From sequence record OZ035773.1: a stretch of DNA of 64,000 nucleotides. One strand, 5' to 3'. A program made the translations under genes and the position numbers. Under the pieces are notes generated by a model. That model did no database searches, was not told where the DNA came from, and saw nothing but the letters and a program-made list of their open reading frames with translations. Below are positions 37,785-46,808 of this stretch, in pieces. This DNA comes from Justusliebigvirus VEcB. Positions within the stretch are counted from its first letter, which is position 1; every line of letters starts with the position of its first letter.

Positions 37785-38261
37785 TCAACCTCTCTTAATT
37801 TGTTTAACAAGCATAGGAACAAAATCTCGTTTTAAAATTTGTTCAATAATATGATCAGGTAGCTGTTGGAAATTATAATTAAAAGCTACTGTCTCACCTT
37901 TAGGTGTTTCTACCCGCACATATAACATGTTACGAAGTTTATCCACTTGTGCTGTATATTCTAAACCATGTAATTGATGCATTGCAAACATCAAATCATC
38001 AGTTTCAGTTTGGAATCTATCATTTGCTTGCATTAAGGATAAGGTAAAAGGTAGATTTTCCCTAAGAGCCACCTTCTTAGGAACTAGTGAAGGAAAATAC
38101 TCACCAATAACTTCCTGTGTAAGCTGGATACACTCTTTTTCAAGTTGGTTTTGTTCCTTAAGTTCACAAACACTTTTTTGTAAAGTGTTAACCTCTTTTT
38201 GCAAAGCTGCTAGTTGAGCACTTAACTTTCTTTTTTGATTACGACCAAAACGTTTAGACAT
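37785..38261 (-). CDS. Hypothetical protein
   Basis: Intact ORF, N-terminal coiled coil. Confidence 0.45.
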   Translation of the reverse strand: MSKRFGRNQKRKLSAQLAALQKEVNTLQKSVCELKEQNQLEKECIQLTQEVIGEYFPSLVPKKVALRENLPFTLSLMQANDRFQTETDDLMFAMHQLHGLEYTAQVDKLRNMLYVRVETPKGETVAFNYNFQQLPDHIIEQILKRDFVPMLVKQIKRG

Positions 38262-38269
38262 ATTTCCCC

Positions 38270-38785
38270 CTAGTAAAACCCTTTAACAATCTGTATTAAC
38301 TCGGCACAACGGTTGACCAACTTTTCCTCATACAATACACGTTGTGGCATATGTTGTATAATATACTCCATTTGCTCATGCCATGTCCACTTTTCTTTTT
38401 TGTCTGGGATAACATCACTAGCACGAGAATTATCTTTTAATGTTTGTATAATCCAATTGCTTGGAAAGTGCTCTCCACCTTTCTTAAATGGTTTATAGTG
38501 GCCTAGAGTAAATTGAGAATCCCCTGTTAGAGCACCCAATTTATTTAGATGGATAATCAAACTACGAAACACGTAGTATTCATAGATGTTATCCACCGTA
38601 TAGCAAGCATAATATTTCAAGATGCCCTTATCTCGCGGATACTTACCAACATCCAGATTGCACCAGTTGACATTTTCTGGATCATAGTGGTGTTCCTTAA
38701 GCCATATTTCTCTTTCATCAAAGTCTGGATATATTACCGCTCTGCTTACAGAGTCAACAAGTGGAGATTGAGCATCAAAAAACAT
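38270..38785 (-). CDS. Hypothetical protein
   Basis: Intact ORF. Confidence 0.45.
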   Translation of the reverse strand: MFFDAQSPLVDSVSRAVIYPDFDEREIWLKEHHYDPENVNWCNLDVGKYPRDKGILKYYACYTVDNIYEYYVFRSLIIHLNKLGALTGDSQFTLGHYKPFKKGGEHFPSNWIIQTLKDNSRASDVIPDKKEKWTWHEQMEYIIQHMPQRVLYEEKLVNRCAELIQIVKGFY

Positions 38786-38806
38786 TATATTTTCCTTATT
38801 GGTTTG

Positions 38807-39172
38807 TTAAACGTTTTCTAAATCTTTTAAGGCATTACCCAACGTTAGAACAATAACATCGTTTGCTGCCTCTTCCCCATTGATATTGGTGAAATTTGGT
38901 GTGACAAAAGTAACCATATAAAACTCGTCCACCTGGAAGACAGCAATAACACCATCCATCTTAACATCTTGACGAAAGGAAAAACCAAGCATCTTCTCTT
39001 GCAAAGGCATATCCCCTTCCTTCATTACTGCCAGGGAGTTTTCAGGAATGTTATATTTATCTGCTCCGATGTAGATGTACGTAATGTTATCTTTATCGTG
39101 ATGATACAGGGTTGCTTTTTCCATATCTAAACCTGACAGATCAAATACGTTAATTTCTTGTGTAGTCTTCAT
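38807..39172 (-). CDS. Hypothetical protein
   Basis: ATG at 39172 with GGAGGA RBS. Confidence 0.45.
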   Translation of the reverse strand: MKTTQEINVFDLSGLDMEKATLYHHDKDNITYIYIGADKYNIPENSLAVMKEGDMPLQEKMLGFSFRQDVKMDGVIAVFQVDEFYMVTFVTPNFTNINGEEAANDVIVLTLGNALKDLENV

Positions 39173-39536
39173 AAATATCCTCCCAAATCCAATAATCATC
39201 TGTGTAAGTAGGATGCCTTTTATCCCACTCTGTTCTAGCCCAAGCAACCGCTGCTACCAACACATCACCATGACAAGGTTGAGGTGCGCAGAAGCAAACT
39301 AAGTCTTTCCCTTCTAATTCTAATAAATCTTCAAGAGTGATTTTACCACAACGAATTTGCTCCCACAACCACTCTTTATATCTTTGTATAGTTGATCCTC
39401 GTGGTTCATCATCCTTTAACTTAAAAGGATTTGCAAACTTTGAGGCTTTTAACCCCATATGAGGCATAGCTCTGCCAATGTACACTGCACCTTCAGGTAT
39501 TACTTTACCTAAGTGGTAAAAATTTAATACTTTCAT
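39150..39536 (-). CDS. DUF4326-like protein
   Basis: VYIGR ... FANPF ... CFCAPQPCHGDVL resembles the DUF4326 pattern. Confidence 0.4.
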   Translation of the reverse strand: MKVLNFYHLGKVIPEGAVYIGRAMPHMGLKASKFANPFKLKDDEPRGSTIQRYKEWLWEQIRCGKITLEDLLELEGKDLVCFCAPQPCHGDVLVAAVAWARTEWDKRHPTYTDDYWIWEDIYEDYTRN

Positions 39537-39537
39537 A

Positions 39538-39888
39538 TTAACCCAAACACATCTGTGCAATCAAGCCCTGTATAAATTTATTAGCTTCTTTACTGTCGTA
39601 GTCAGTCTCTTCTGGATATCCATCTTCATCGTACACAACTGTACCTTCAATATACCCTGCCTCAATTAAGGCGCGGATTATATCAAATTGCCAGCATGAG
39701 TTACCAAATGGACGTTTACCATTAAAACACTCTTCTTCTCTCCATAACGTAGAGAGTAGTTGTCGGAAATATTCCCGTACAGTGACAGTACCAAGATCTG
39801 AATCCTCAAACATAACATCCAAGGCATCAGGATTGCTTTTCTCTACATAAGGAATATATTTAACACCATTAATAGTTACATCAAGCAT
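39538..39888 (-). CDS. Hypothetical protein
   Basis: Intact ORF. Confidence 0.4.
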   Translation of the reverse strand: MLDVTINGVKYIPYVEKSNPDALDVMFEDSDLGTVTVREYFRQLLSTLWREEECFNGKRPFGNSCWQFDIIRALIEAGYIEGTVVYDEDGYPEETDYDSKEANKFIQGLIAQMCLG

Positions 39889-40251
39889 TTATTTCTCCTT
39901 ATCATCATATTCTAGGAACATATCTGCACGATATGCTTTACGCTCTTCAAACTTAGCAGGATCTACAACAATAAGCAATACAAGGTTAACATCTAAATAC
40001 TTCTTAACAAATAGAAATAAATCTTTTCCACAGTTAAAACCTACACCAGTATAGGCATCCCCATATTGATCTACTGATTTAATCTTCTTACTAACCGTAC
40101 ACTCTATGCTATTCTTTTCTTCTTGGTATAAGGCTTTCCCACCCCAATATGTAAAGAATTTAGTACCGTCAGCACCAAGTTTAAAACCCTCTGTTGCATG
40201 TCCCGCAAATGAAAGTAAACATAACCAAGTGATCATCAGGTACTTTAGCAT
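39889..40251 (-). CDS. Secreted hypothetical protein
   Basis: Signal peptide MLKYLMITWLCLLSFAGHA from the ATG at 40251. Confidence 0.4.
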   Translation of the reverse strand: MLKYLMITWLCLLSFAGHATEGFKLGADGTKFFTYWGGKALYQEEKNSIECTVSKKIKSVDQYGDAYTGVGFNCGKDLFLFVKKYLDVNLVLLIVVDPAKFEERKAYRADMFLEYDDKEK

Positions 40252-40252
40252 T

Positions 40253-40735
40253 TTAACCACCCAATTGCAAATGTTTAGAAAGAACAATATCCCATTGATC
40301 ACCACAACCGTTATCTATGCGGAACATAATGTACGTATCATCTTCTTCTACAACATACCGTACCTCATAGGAGTTACAACAGTCTTCCCAATTTTTAACG
40401 GCTTCTGGTGTATGATGTGTAAGAATTTCATTACCATCATATGACCAAAACAAAGGGGTAAGGTTTTCGAAGGTCAGTGAAGTAGGGTTTACTTCATCTT
40501 TAACTGCTTCCTCATATTCTTTATGCGTTTGTACTGCTTTAGTTAGTGTACTCATGTCTATCTCCTTTTCTCCTTCTTGACTATGGAGGATAGCGAACTC
40601 TCTAAACTCCACTTCACGCCATGTTTTCAGGTAGTGCTTTATGATTTTATCAACATCTGTCTGTTCAACATTACTTTTCAAACAATAGTAATCATGGTCT
40701 TCGCCCATTCTACCCCATATGCTATACATTGTCAT
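40253..40735 (-). CDS. Hypothetical protein
   Basis: Intact ORF. Confidence 0.45.
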   Translation of the reverse strand: MTMYSIWGRMGEDHDYYCLKSNVEQTDVDKIIKHYLKTWREVEFREFAILHSQEGEKEIDMSTLTKAVQTHKEYEEAVKDEVNPTSLTFENLTPLFWSYDGNEILTHHTPEAVKNWEDCCNSYEVRYVVEEDDTYIMFRIDNGCGDQWDIVLSKHLQLGG

Positions 40736-41003
40736 CTGATTGATCCTTTACATTGTTCTTGGCATACACAGGAATAACATCATGGTGATCTTTATTACTT
40801 TCGTCTGTTAAAGCCCAAAACAACTTACCTGCCGGATGTTTAAAGATGTAAGCAATAGGTTCCTCTTCCTGTGCTTCTTTGCTACGGATGCCATCCCGCC
40901 AGGCAAGCCAAGTGTAGATCATCATCTCTTGACGTTCTTCTTCATTAGGCCACAGATGGGGTAGAAAGTTTTTATCAAACCATTGCTTAAATTCTTCAGT
41001 CAT
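40722..41003 (-). CDS. Hypothetical protein
   Basis: Intact ORF. Confidence 0.4.
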   Translation of the reverse strand: MTEEFKQWFDKNFLPHLWPNEEERQEMMIYTWLAWRDGIRSKEAQEEEPIAYIFKHPAGKLFWALTDESNKDHHDVIPVYAKNNVKDQSDDNV

Positions 41004-41013
41004 AGTCTACTCC

Positions 41014-41178
41014 TTAGCGTACAAAGTTAACTTCTGCTTCTTTCAGCTTTGACACTTCTACATAACCACCATGATCATCTTTAATCCATTCTTTTCCTTT
41101 ACGAATGATAACAGGATATGTAGAGTGAGTAAGTTTAGGTACAGATCTTTTTGTTTTAGTGATAGAAATGTTTTGCAT
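41014..41178 (-). CDS. Small ORF (54 aa), not in the ORF track
   Basis: ATG at 41178 preceded by AAGGAGAC; basic protein. Confidence 0.3.
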   Translation of the reverse strand: MQNISITKTKRSVPKLTHSTYPVIIRKGKEWIKDDHGGYVEVSKLKEAEVNFVR

Positions 41179-41238
41179 AGTAGTCTCCTTAGTAAATTTT
41201 ACATAGAGTCTAGATTATTTAGTAGGTAGAGTCAATAA

Positions 41239-41505
41239 CTAATTACTGTTAGATCTGTACTCTGTCTTCCATTCACAATGGTAAACTTCAACAGGTTCTA
41301 ACTTCCAGTGTTCAGGAACTAGTTCAGGACAATATCTACAAAAGAGAAATAGATAGATAACTAAGACAGGTATTAAATAGTAAAATGGTATACGATCATA
41401 ACCATACTTACGAGATAACATGTAGACATATAGATAGGGTATAACAATTAATCCTATAACTATAAGTAAGAAGAGAAGTATAAACCTTAGTGTAGTAACA
41501 TCCAT
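41239..41505 (-). CDS. Small membrane protein
   Basis: Two hydrophobic helices; AGGAGAATA RBS; 9-bp stem hairpin in the 5' leader (41536-41570). Confidence 0.45.
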   Translation of the reverse strand: MDVTTLRFILLFLLIVIGLIVIPYLYVYMLSRKYGYDRIPFYYLIPVLVIYLFLFCRYCPELVPEHWKLEPVEVYHCEWKTEYRSNSN

Positions 41506-41669
41506 AGTATTCTCCTATACAGTAATATACTCTGTTCCTGCCCCTCCATGAGTGACAGGAACAATATCTATAGAGAATACTAACTCGCTTCGCTCGTCAC
41601 CTTTCAGGTTTAGGGTAGCATGTTTTTCTGAAAAAGTCAATACTCTCCACAAAACTTTACAAAATACTT

Positions 41670-41942
41670 TTACATAGGTACAACAGAATCTGTTTTGAAG
41701 TCGTACATATGATTTACACCTGTGATTTTTGACATAGAGATTGCACGTTTAGCACCTGCAATTACCTGGTCTGTCTTCTTAATCTCTTCACGGAACTTAC
41801 GTACAGTTAAAGAGAAGAAACGATGATCCATCCATTGACGATTCACACGATCACGCTTGAAGTGACGGAAATCTTCAATCTGTTTATTGCGTAATCGGCG
41901 CAGTACATGCAACAGTTTATAGTAAGGGTGTTTATTTTTCAT
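41670..41942 (-). CDS. Hypothetical basic protein
   Basis: Intact ORF. Confidence 0.4.
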   Translation of the reverse strand: MKNKHPYYKLLHVLRRLRNKQIEDFRHFKRDRVNRQWMDHRFFSLTVRKFREEIKKTDQVIAGAKRAISMSKITGVNHMYDFKTDSVVPM

Positions 41943-41945
41943 AAT

Positions 41946-42374
41946 TTATTCTCCAAATCGAAAATCGTCAATATCATCAAACCATACACAATGGCGAGTC
42001 CTTTCTTTTTCTGTTGCAGACATTGTTTCAACAGCTTTAGGACTAAGCACAACAGGAGTGTAACGAATAGGTCGTTCATAATAGTAGCCATACTTTTCTG
42101 TATTAGCTGCCTCAAACACTTTACGGCGTTCTTCAAGATCTTCTATGGTGAATCCTACCATATAACCATCATATTTGCTACCCCATCCTTCCTCACTTTC
42201 AACAATTGGAGTATAAAAGCCGTTACGCGTCTCTGACGCTGGTTTTTCTTGAGCCTGAAGGCAAGTCTCCCACCCTGCTTTAAAGACGTTATAGAGCGAT
42301 TTACGCACGTTATGAGTGCCGCTTTCACTTGCTGGATAGAGTTCATTAAATTTGTCTTGAATTTGTTGTGTCAT
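41946..42374 (-). CDS. Hypothetical protein
   Basis: Intact ORF. Confidence 0.45.
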   Translation of the reverse strand: MTQQIQDKFNELYPASESGTHNVRKSLYNVFKAGWETCLQAQEKPASETRNGFYTPIVESEEGWGSKYDGYMVGFTIEDLEERRKVFEAANTEKYGYYYERPIRYTPVVLSPKAVETMSATEKERTRHCVWFDDIDDFRFGE

Positions 42375-42517
42375 ACTCGCCCCTTAGTGATTATTTGACC
42401 AGCTAAACAAATAGCTTGTAGTACAGTAAAGAAGTAGCCTAATTTTACACTACCTAGTACCCAGAATGCAATGTTTGCAAACAAACAAAAAGCAATATTA
42501 AGTTTAAAGAATAACAT

Positions 42518-42718
42518 TTAATCCCCTTCATATTTAGGTAAAGGCATATATGCCACAATAGGAGGGTAATCAAAGTGAAAATGATGGTTCACCACAATAA
42601 TCTTACCAGACATACTTTTATGCACTTCACAATACCCTTTTTCACCATCTTCCATTACCACCACATACTCACCTAGTGGAATATCGTATGGATCTTCTAC
42701 TTTTACCCATTCTGTCAT
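42518..42718 (-). CDS. Hypothetical small protein
   Basis: Intact ORF. Confidence 0.4.
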   Translation of the reverse strand: MTEWVKVEDPYDIPLGEYVVVMEDGEKGYCEVHKSMSGKIIVVNHHFHFDYPPIVAYMPLPKYEGD

Positions 42719-42870
42719 TTTGTAAACTCCTCATAGTAAGGTAAAGCCTTGATCAGTTGTTCTGAAGTGCCATTTTGCACCCACGTAACACCATTGTCAA
42801 CAGAAACATACCCTTTTTTGTCAATAAATTTACGCAGACAGTCAGTGAACTTGTTTTTGTAGATAACCAT
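42715..42870 (-). CDS. Small ORF (51 aa), not in the ORF track
   Basis: ATG at 42870 preceded by AAAGGAGTAAAC; stop overlaps the next start (ATGA). Confidence 0.3.
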   Translation of the reverse strand: MVIYKNKFTDCLRKFIDKKGYVSVDNGVTWVQNGTSEQLIKALPYYEEFTK

Positions 42871-42884
42871 GTTTACTCCTTTGT

Positions 42885-43070
42885 CTATTGTTCTTTCTCA
42901 ACTTTACGCAGTTCATCTCGGCAATTGTTTTGATATTTTTGATCATTTAGTTCCTCATTTGTAAGGACTGTAATTAGTAGTTCATTAACAAGTTTTGGAA
43001 TTGATTTCCCTTCTGCCTTTGCGCGATTTAACAACGCGTTATAAGTTGCAGAGTCAAAATTAATATTCAT
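42885..43070 (-). CDS. Hypothetical small protein
   Basis: Intact ORF. Confidence 0.35.
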   Translation of the reverse strand: MNINFDSATYNALLNRAKAEGKSIPKLVNELLITVLTNEELNDQKYQNNCRDELRKVEKEQ

Positions 43071-43085
43071 TTGGTTTTCTCCTTA

Positions 43086-43442
43086 TTACATCCACAGATT
43101 ATGGAAATACTTAGCAAACAAAATACGACCTTCTAAACGATCTTGCCGCTGTTTTTCATTAACTTCTTCTGGTGGAGTTAAATCCTTAAAAGAGGACTCC
43201 ATTTTTTCAAGAATTTCTAGCCAGTGTTCTGCTGCTCGTTCTTCCATATAAGGTAGATAGTCACCTTTAGCGTGTGGGTACATCCGACGAAGTAACCCAC
43301 TAGGAATTTTAACATTGTTTGTGGCTATCACTTTTGCACGATATGCAGAAAGTGCATTGTAGATCAGTTTACTTAGTGTCACATCCAGATCAAGAAGATC
43401 ACTCTCTTCAAATTGAATTTCATCGTGTACAATTTTCATCAT
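43086..43442 (-). CDS. Hypothetical protein
   Basis: Intact ORF. Confidence 0.4.
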   Translation of the reverse strand: MMKIVHDEIQFEESDLLDLDVTLSKLIYNALSAYRAKVIATNNVKIPSGLLRRMYPHAKGDYLPYMEERAAEHWLEILEKMESSFKDLTPPEEVNEKQRQDRLEGRILFAKYFHNLWM

Positions 43443-43723
43443 GCCTTCTCCCGATCTGCGTCTAATTTCAACAAGAAAGCTGTATACTCTTCCGAACCTT
43501 GGTGTAAAAACATGCGATAAGAGCTTACCAGTTTCTTCGTTGTTGTATAACGTTCCATTTCCCCAACAACACCTCCACCCAGTGTGTAGAGCACAACACC
43601 CTCAAACCCAACATGAGTTACTACTTCAACCAAATCTGTGTTATCCCAATGGTAGTTAGGTGACACAATAAGATCGCCAACTGCCAGTTTAATGTTTGCT
43701 GCTTCGTCTTGTGAATAGTACAT
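43439..43723 (-). CDS. Hypothetical protein
   Basis: Intact ORF. Confidence 0.4.
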   Translation of the reverse strand: MYYSQDEAANIKLAVGDLIVSPNYHWDNTDLVEVVTHVGFEGVVLYTLGGGVVGEMERYTTTKKLVSSYRMFLHQGSEEYTAFLLKLDADREKA

Positions 43724-43735
43724 TTTGTTCTCCTC

Positions 43736-44026
43736 TCACATTAAGACACGTTTTGTACCGATGGGAGCATTGTCGAACATGTTTATCACTTTGTCAAGTT
43801 TGTGTATTAACTCGTTCGTAATGTTCCACTCTTTGTATGATCTCCATTGTTTCTTATTCTCACCTACCTGGTGTAAAACTTTGATTGGTGCATTCAAACG
43901 TACATTGCGTTCTTTGTCCTCTTCAAAAGAGGCTAACCATTTTTCGTTATGCCCATGAACAGCAATAATAATGCCAAAACCATCAAAAGTTTCTGTAATA
44001 TTCTTAGTTGCTAGTGTGATGTTCAT
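43736..44026 (-). CDS. Hypothetical protein
   Basis: First gene of the minus-strand block; AAAGAGG RBS. Confidence 0.45.
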   Translation of the reverse strand: MNITLATKNITETFDGFGIIIAVHGHNEKWLASFEEDKERNVRLNAPIKVLHQVGENKKQWRSYKEWNITNELIHKLDKVINMFDNAPIGTKRVLM

Positions 44027-44085
44027 ATCTAACCTCTTTTGTTACGATGCACACAGAGTACCAGAAATTAATTTCAGATCAAGTA

Positions 44086-44113
44086 TTGACATACTGTTTT
44101 ATTGTGCTAATCT
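44086..44113 (+). promoter_or_regulatory. sigma70-like promoter for the rightward block
   Basis: TTGACA (44086-44091), 16-nt spacer, TAATCT (44108-44113); 33 nt upstream of the ATG at 44146. Confidence 0.5.
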
Positions 44114-44145
44114 TAATGCATACACAAATGAGAGGAGATAAACGA

Positions 44146-44697
44146 ATGCAAAACATCGATCTGACTTGGATAGAAGCCAAAGAAGCAATGTTAAAAGGCA
44201 AACGCGTTAAACATAAATACTTTTGCGAAGGAGAATGGTTTGAAATGCGTAACCGATCCATTGTAGATGAAAAAGGGAATGACATGCAACAATGGTTCAA
44301 AAATGAAATTTGGCAGGGAACAGGTTGGTCTGTAGTTGAAGAGCAGCCTAGCTCAAGCGCACTGTTTAGCCCTATTATGTATTGCGTTATCGGTGCTTTA
44401 GTTGTTGATCACGGGATTGCAGTGGAAAAAGAATGCTGGGAAGAGGTATCTTTTTTCAACCTGGCTTCTTATGCAAAAAGCCATATGCACTTGTTTGAAG
44501 AAGGGGATGAATTTGTTCTTCGTATGCGATATGGCAAAGAATTCAGATTACCACTTGATAATGATGTAGACACTGTTGTAAAATGGTTAGCAGAGCATTA
44601 CGCTTACGATGCAATTTGTGGTCGCAGCTTCGGCAACGAACGCTGGGACATGATTTGTGAAAAATATGATTTTGAGCCGGAGTACGGAGTTTTATAA
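44146..44697 (+). CDS. Hypothetical protein
   Basis: ATG at 44146 with GAGAGGAG RBS; the longer track ORF start would precede the promoter. Confidence 0.5.
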   Translation: MQNIDLTWIEAKEAMLKGKRVKHKYFCEGEWFEMRNRSIVDEKGNDMQQWFKNEIWQGTGWSVVEEQPSSSALFSPIMYCVIGALVVDHGIAVEKECWEEVSFFNLASYAKSHMHLFEEGDEFVLRMRYGKEFRLPLDNDVDTVVKWLAEHYAYDAICGRSFGNERWDMICEKYDFEPEYGVL

Positions 44698-44948
44698 TGT
44701 TAAGTATCACACCTAAAATGATAACAGAAGACGAAGCAGACTTTATTTTCAAATGTGGACGTGTATGGAGAGAATTCACAAAAGGAAATGAAGTGGTTGT
44801 TGTTGTTGAACACAAGATATCTATTCAGGATCTGTTTGGACAATATGTTGATGTTATTAAATTAGGTATTGACAAGGGTTTAGTTGAGGTGTTAACATTA
44901 GATCAAGTTGAAGCAGAGCACCTCGATAAAGTGGTGGTTGAATTTTAA
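44697..44948 (+). CDS. Hypothetical small protein
   Basis: Intact ORF, translationally coupled to the upstream gene. Confidence 0.4.
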   Translation: MLSITPKMITEDEADFIFKCGRVWREFTKGNEVVVVVEHKISIQDLFGQYVDVIKLGIDKGLVEVLTLDQVEAEHLDKVVVEF

Positions 44949-44968
44949 AATACAGACGGGAGAAAGGT

Positions 44969-45142
44969 ATGAGTTTCTTTGTTACAGTATTTATGGCTAT
45001 CTGGATTGTAGTCTCACTCGTTCTTTTCCTGGTGGGTTGTCTGGAAGAGATTAAGAAAGCGGTTATTTGCGGTTTCTTTGGCTTTATTATCTCTCCTGCC
45101 TGGATGTGGTTCTTCATTATGATTGGTTTCCTTAAAAGGTAA
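44969..45142 (+). CDS. Small membrane protein (57 aa), not in the ORF track
   Basis: ATG preceded by GGGAGAAAGG; two hydrophobic helices. Confidence 0.4.
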   Translation: MSFFVTVFMAIWIVVSLVLFLVGCLEEIKKAVICGFFGFIISPAWMWFFIMIGFLKR

Positions 45143-45156
45143 GTGAGGAATAAAGA

Positions 45157-45594
45157 ATGAGTAAAACAAACGCAATCGCAGATAAAGCAACGGATGTACT
45201 TCTGAACATGGTTAACGTCACTATTCAAACAATGAGTGATGTTGTGGAGTTTGGAAAACAACAAATTCCAGAAGTAATCCATCAATTATTAGTGTGGAAA
45301 GCAGTATCCGCAGGTTTATGGCAACTTTTTAGTATTTGCTTTATGTTTATTACTTTTATTGCTGTGCGGAACCTCGTAAAAGCAATTAAAGATAAAGAAT
45401 GCCTGTGGTCACGAGATCGCTATGGTGAAGTATCTGCTTTACCTATTGTTGGTCTTGTTGTCTGTGCTTTCTTTTTCTTTTTAGGATTTGTTATTTTCTT
45501 TTCGAATTTTGATTGGCTAAAAATTATTATTGCACCAAAAGTGTATCTGATTGAATTTGCTGCTGATTTAATTCGTTCATCTCAACAAAGATAA
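45157..45594 (+). CDS. Membrane protein
   Basis: GTGAGGA RBS; two long hydrophobic segments. Confidence 0.5.
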   Translation: MSKTNAIADKATDVLLNMVNVTIQTMSDVVEFGKQQIPEVIHQLLVWKAVSAGLWQLFSICFMFITFIAVRNLVKAIKDKECLWSRDRYGEVSALPIVGLVVCAFFFFLGFVIFFSNFDWLKIIIAPKVYLIEFAADLIRSSQQR

Positions 45595-45606
45595 AAGGGG
45601 GTTAAA

Positions 45607-46734
45607 ATGAAATACACGATTTATGGTGATATTGTAAGTGTAAATAAAGATATGGGCGTGGAATCTAACTATCTTCCACCTGGATTCTATACTGTTAGTC
45701 GTGATCCCCTTGGCAATTACTTTTTAAGCCGTGGTAATCTAACAGGTGTACCGGATGTTCTGTATGGTGAAACAGAAAAACGAGCAAATCACGTTATTCG
45801 TACATTCCATCGCCGGAGTGCACAAGGTAAAAACACAGGCTTGCTTCTGACAGGAACTAAGGGTAGTGGTAAAACTATGTTAGCCAAACTCATTAGTCGT
45901 GACCTTGTAGAAGAAGGTATTCCAACTATTATGGTTACTCAAGCCTACAGTGATGCTAATTTCATTGAACTTATTAGCAAGATCACAGACAAAGCAGTGA
46001 TTATTTTTGATGAATTTGATAAAGTATATGAGAAGAAACAAGATCAAGAAGCACTTCTCACTTTGTTAGATGGTACTGGCAGTGGTAATAAACTGTTTAT
46101 TCTAACTAAAAACAGTGGCTTTATCTCTGAATTCTTTCTAAATCGTCCTAGTCGTGTGTTTTATAATTTTAATTATGATAAAATCTCACTAGAAACTATG
46201 ATTGACTATTTAGATAAAAACCTGGATAACAAAGCACACTTTGATAATTTCCAAAGGCTTTGGGATGTAAGTTTAGAGTTGTCCTTTGATGTGATCCAAG
46301 GTATAGTAGAAGAACTTAATTTCTACCCTGATTTATCCTTTAAAGAATGCATCTCTATGATGGGCGTTTCTTTGGGTGGTGGTAATAAGTGGGATATCAG
46401 CAGCGTTGTTATTAATGGGAAACTTCAGAAAGTTAGCTGGGTATCTAGTTGGCATAACTTCACACCTGCAATCTTTTTAGGTGGCTCGTGCACACTAGAC
46501 GTGTACTTGTCATCTCCAAGTGATGCAGATTCTAAAGAAGCCCTTGCTAATAGCTCTTACGTGGTTTTTGATGATGAAGGAGATGCTCGAATTCCATTGA
46601 ATGCGACAAAAATGAAAGCAGATCTTATTACAGGCGGTAAAATCGTTGTGTTTAGTGATGATCCAGAAGATTCTTTCCGTATTGTTCTGGAACCAACTAT
46701 CACCAATGGTGCAACTTTGGCAAGCGTGTTTTAA
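45607..46734 (+). CDS. AAA-family ATPase (paralog B)
   Basis: Walker A GTKGSGKT, Walker B IIFDEFDK, sensor-1 ILTKN, RPSRVFY; paralog of 28946-30106 with a divergent C-terminal domain. Confidence 0.55.
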   Translation: MKYTIYGDIVSVNKDMGVESNYLPPGFYTVSRDPLGNYFLSRGNLTGVPDVLYGETEKRANHVIRTFHRRSAQGKNTGLLLTGTKGSGKTMLAKLISRDLVEEGIPTIMVTQAYSDANFIELISKITDKAVIIFDEFDKVYEKKQDQEALLTLLDGTGSGNKLFILTKNSGFISEFFLNRPSRVFYNFNYDKISLETMIDYLDKNLDNKAHFDNFQRLWDVSLELSFDVIQGIVEELNFYPDLSFKECISMMGVSLGGGNKWDISSVVINGKLQKVSWVSSWHNFTPAIFLGGSCTLDVYLSSPSDADSKEALANSSYVVFDDEGDARIPLNATKMKADLITGGKIVVFSDDPEDSFRIVLEPTITNGATLASVF

Positions 46735-46749
46735 GTAAGCCAGCAAATA

Positions 46750-46776
46750 AAAACCCGCTCCGGCGGGTTTTCTTGT
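46750..46776 (+). terminator. Rho-independent terminator
   Basis: AAACCCGC-tccg-GCGGGTTT hairpin followed by TCTTGTATT. Confidence 0.55.
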
Positions 46777-46808
46777 ATTGATGCCAGATTTAATAAGAGG
46801 AGTAATAG

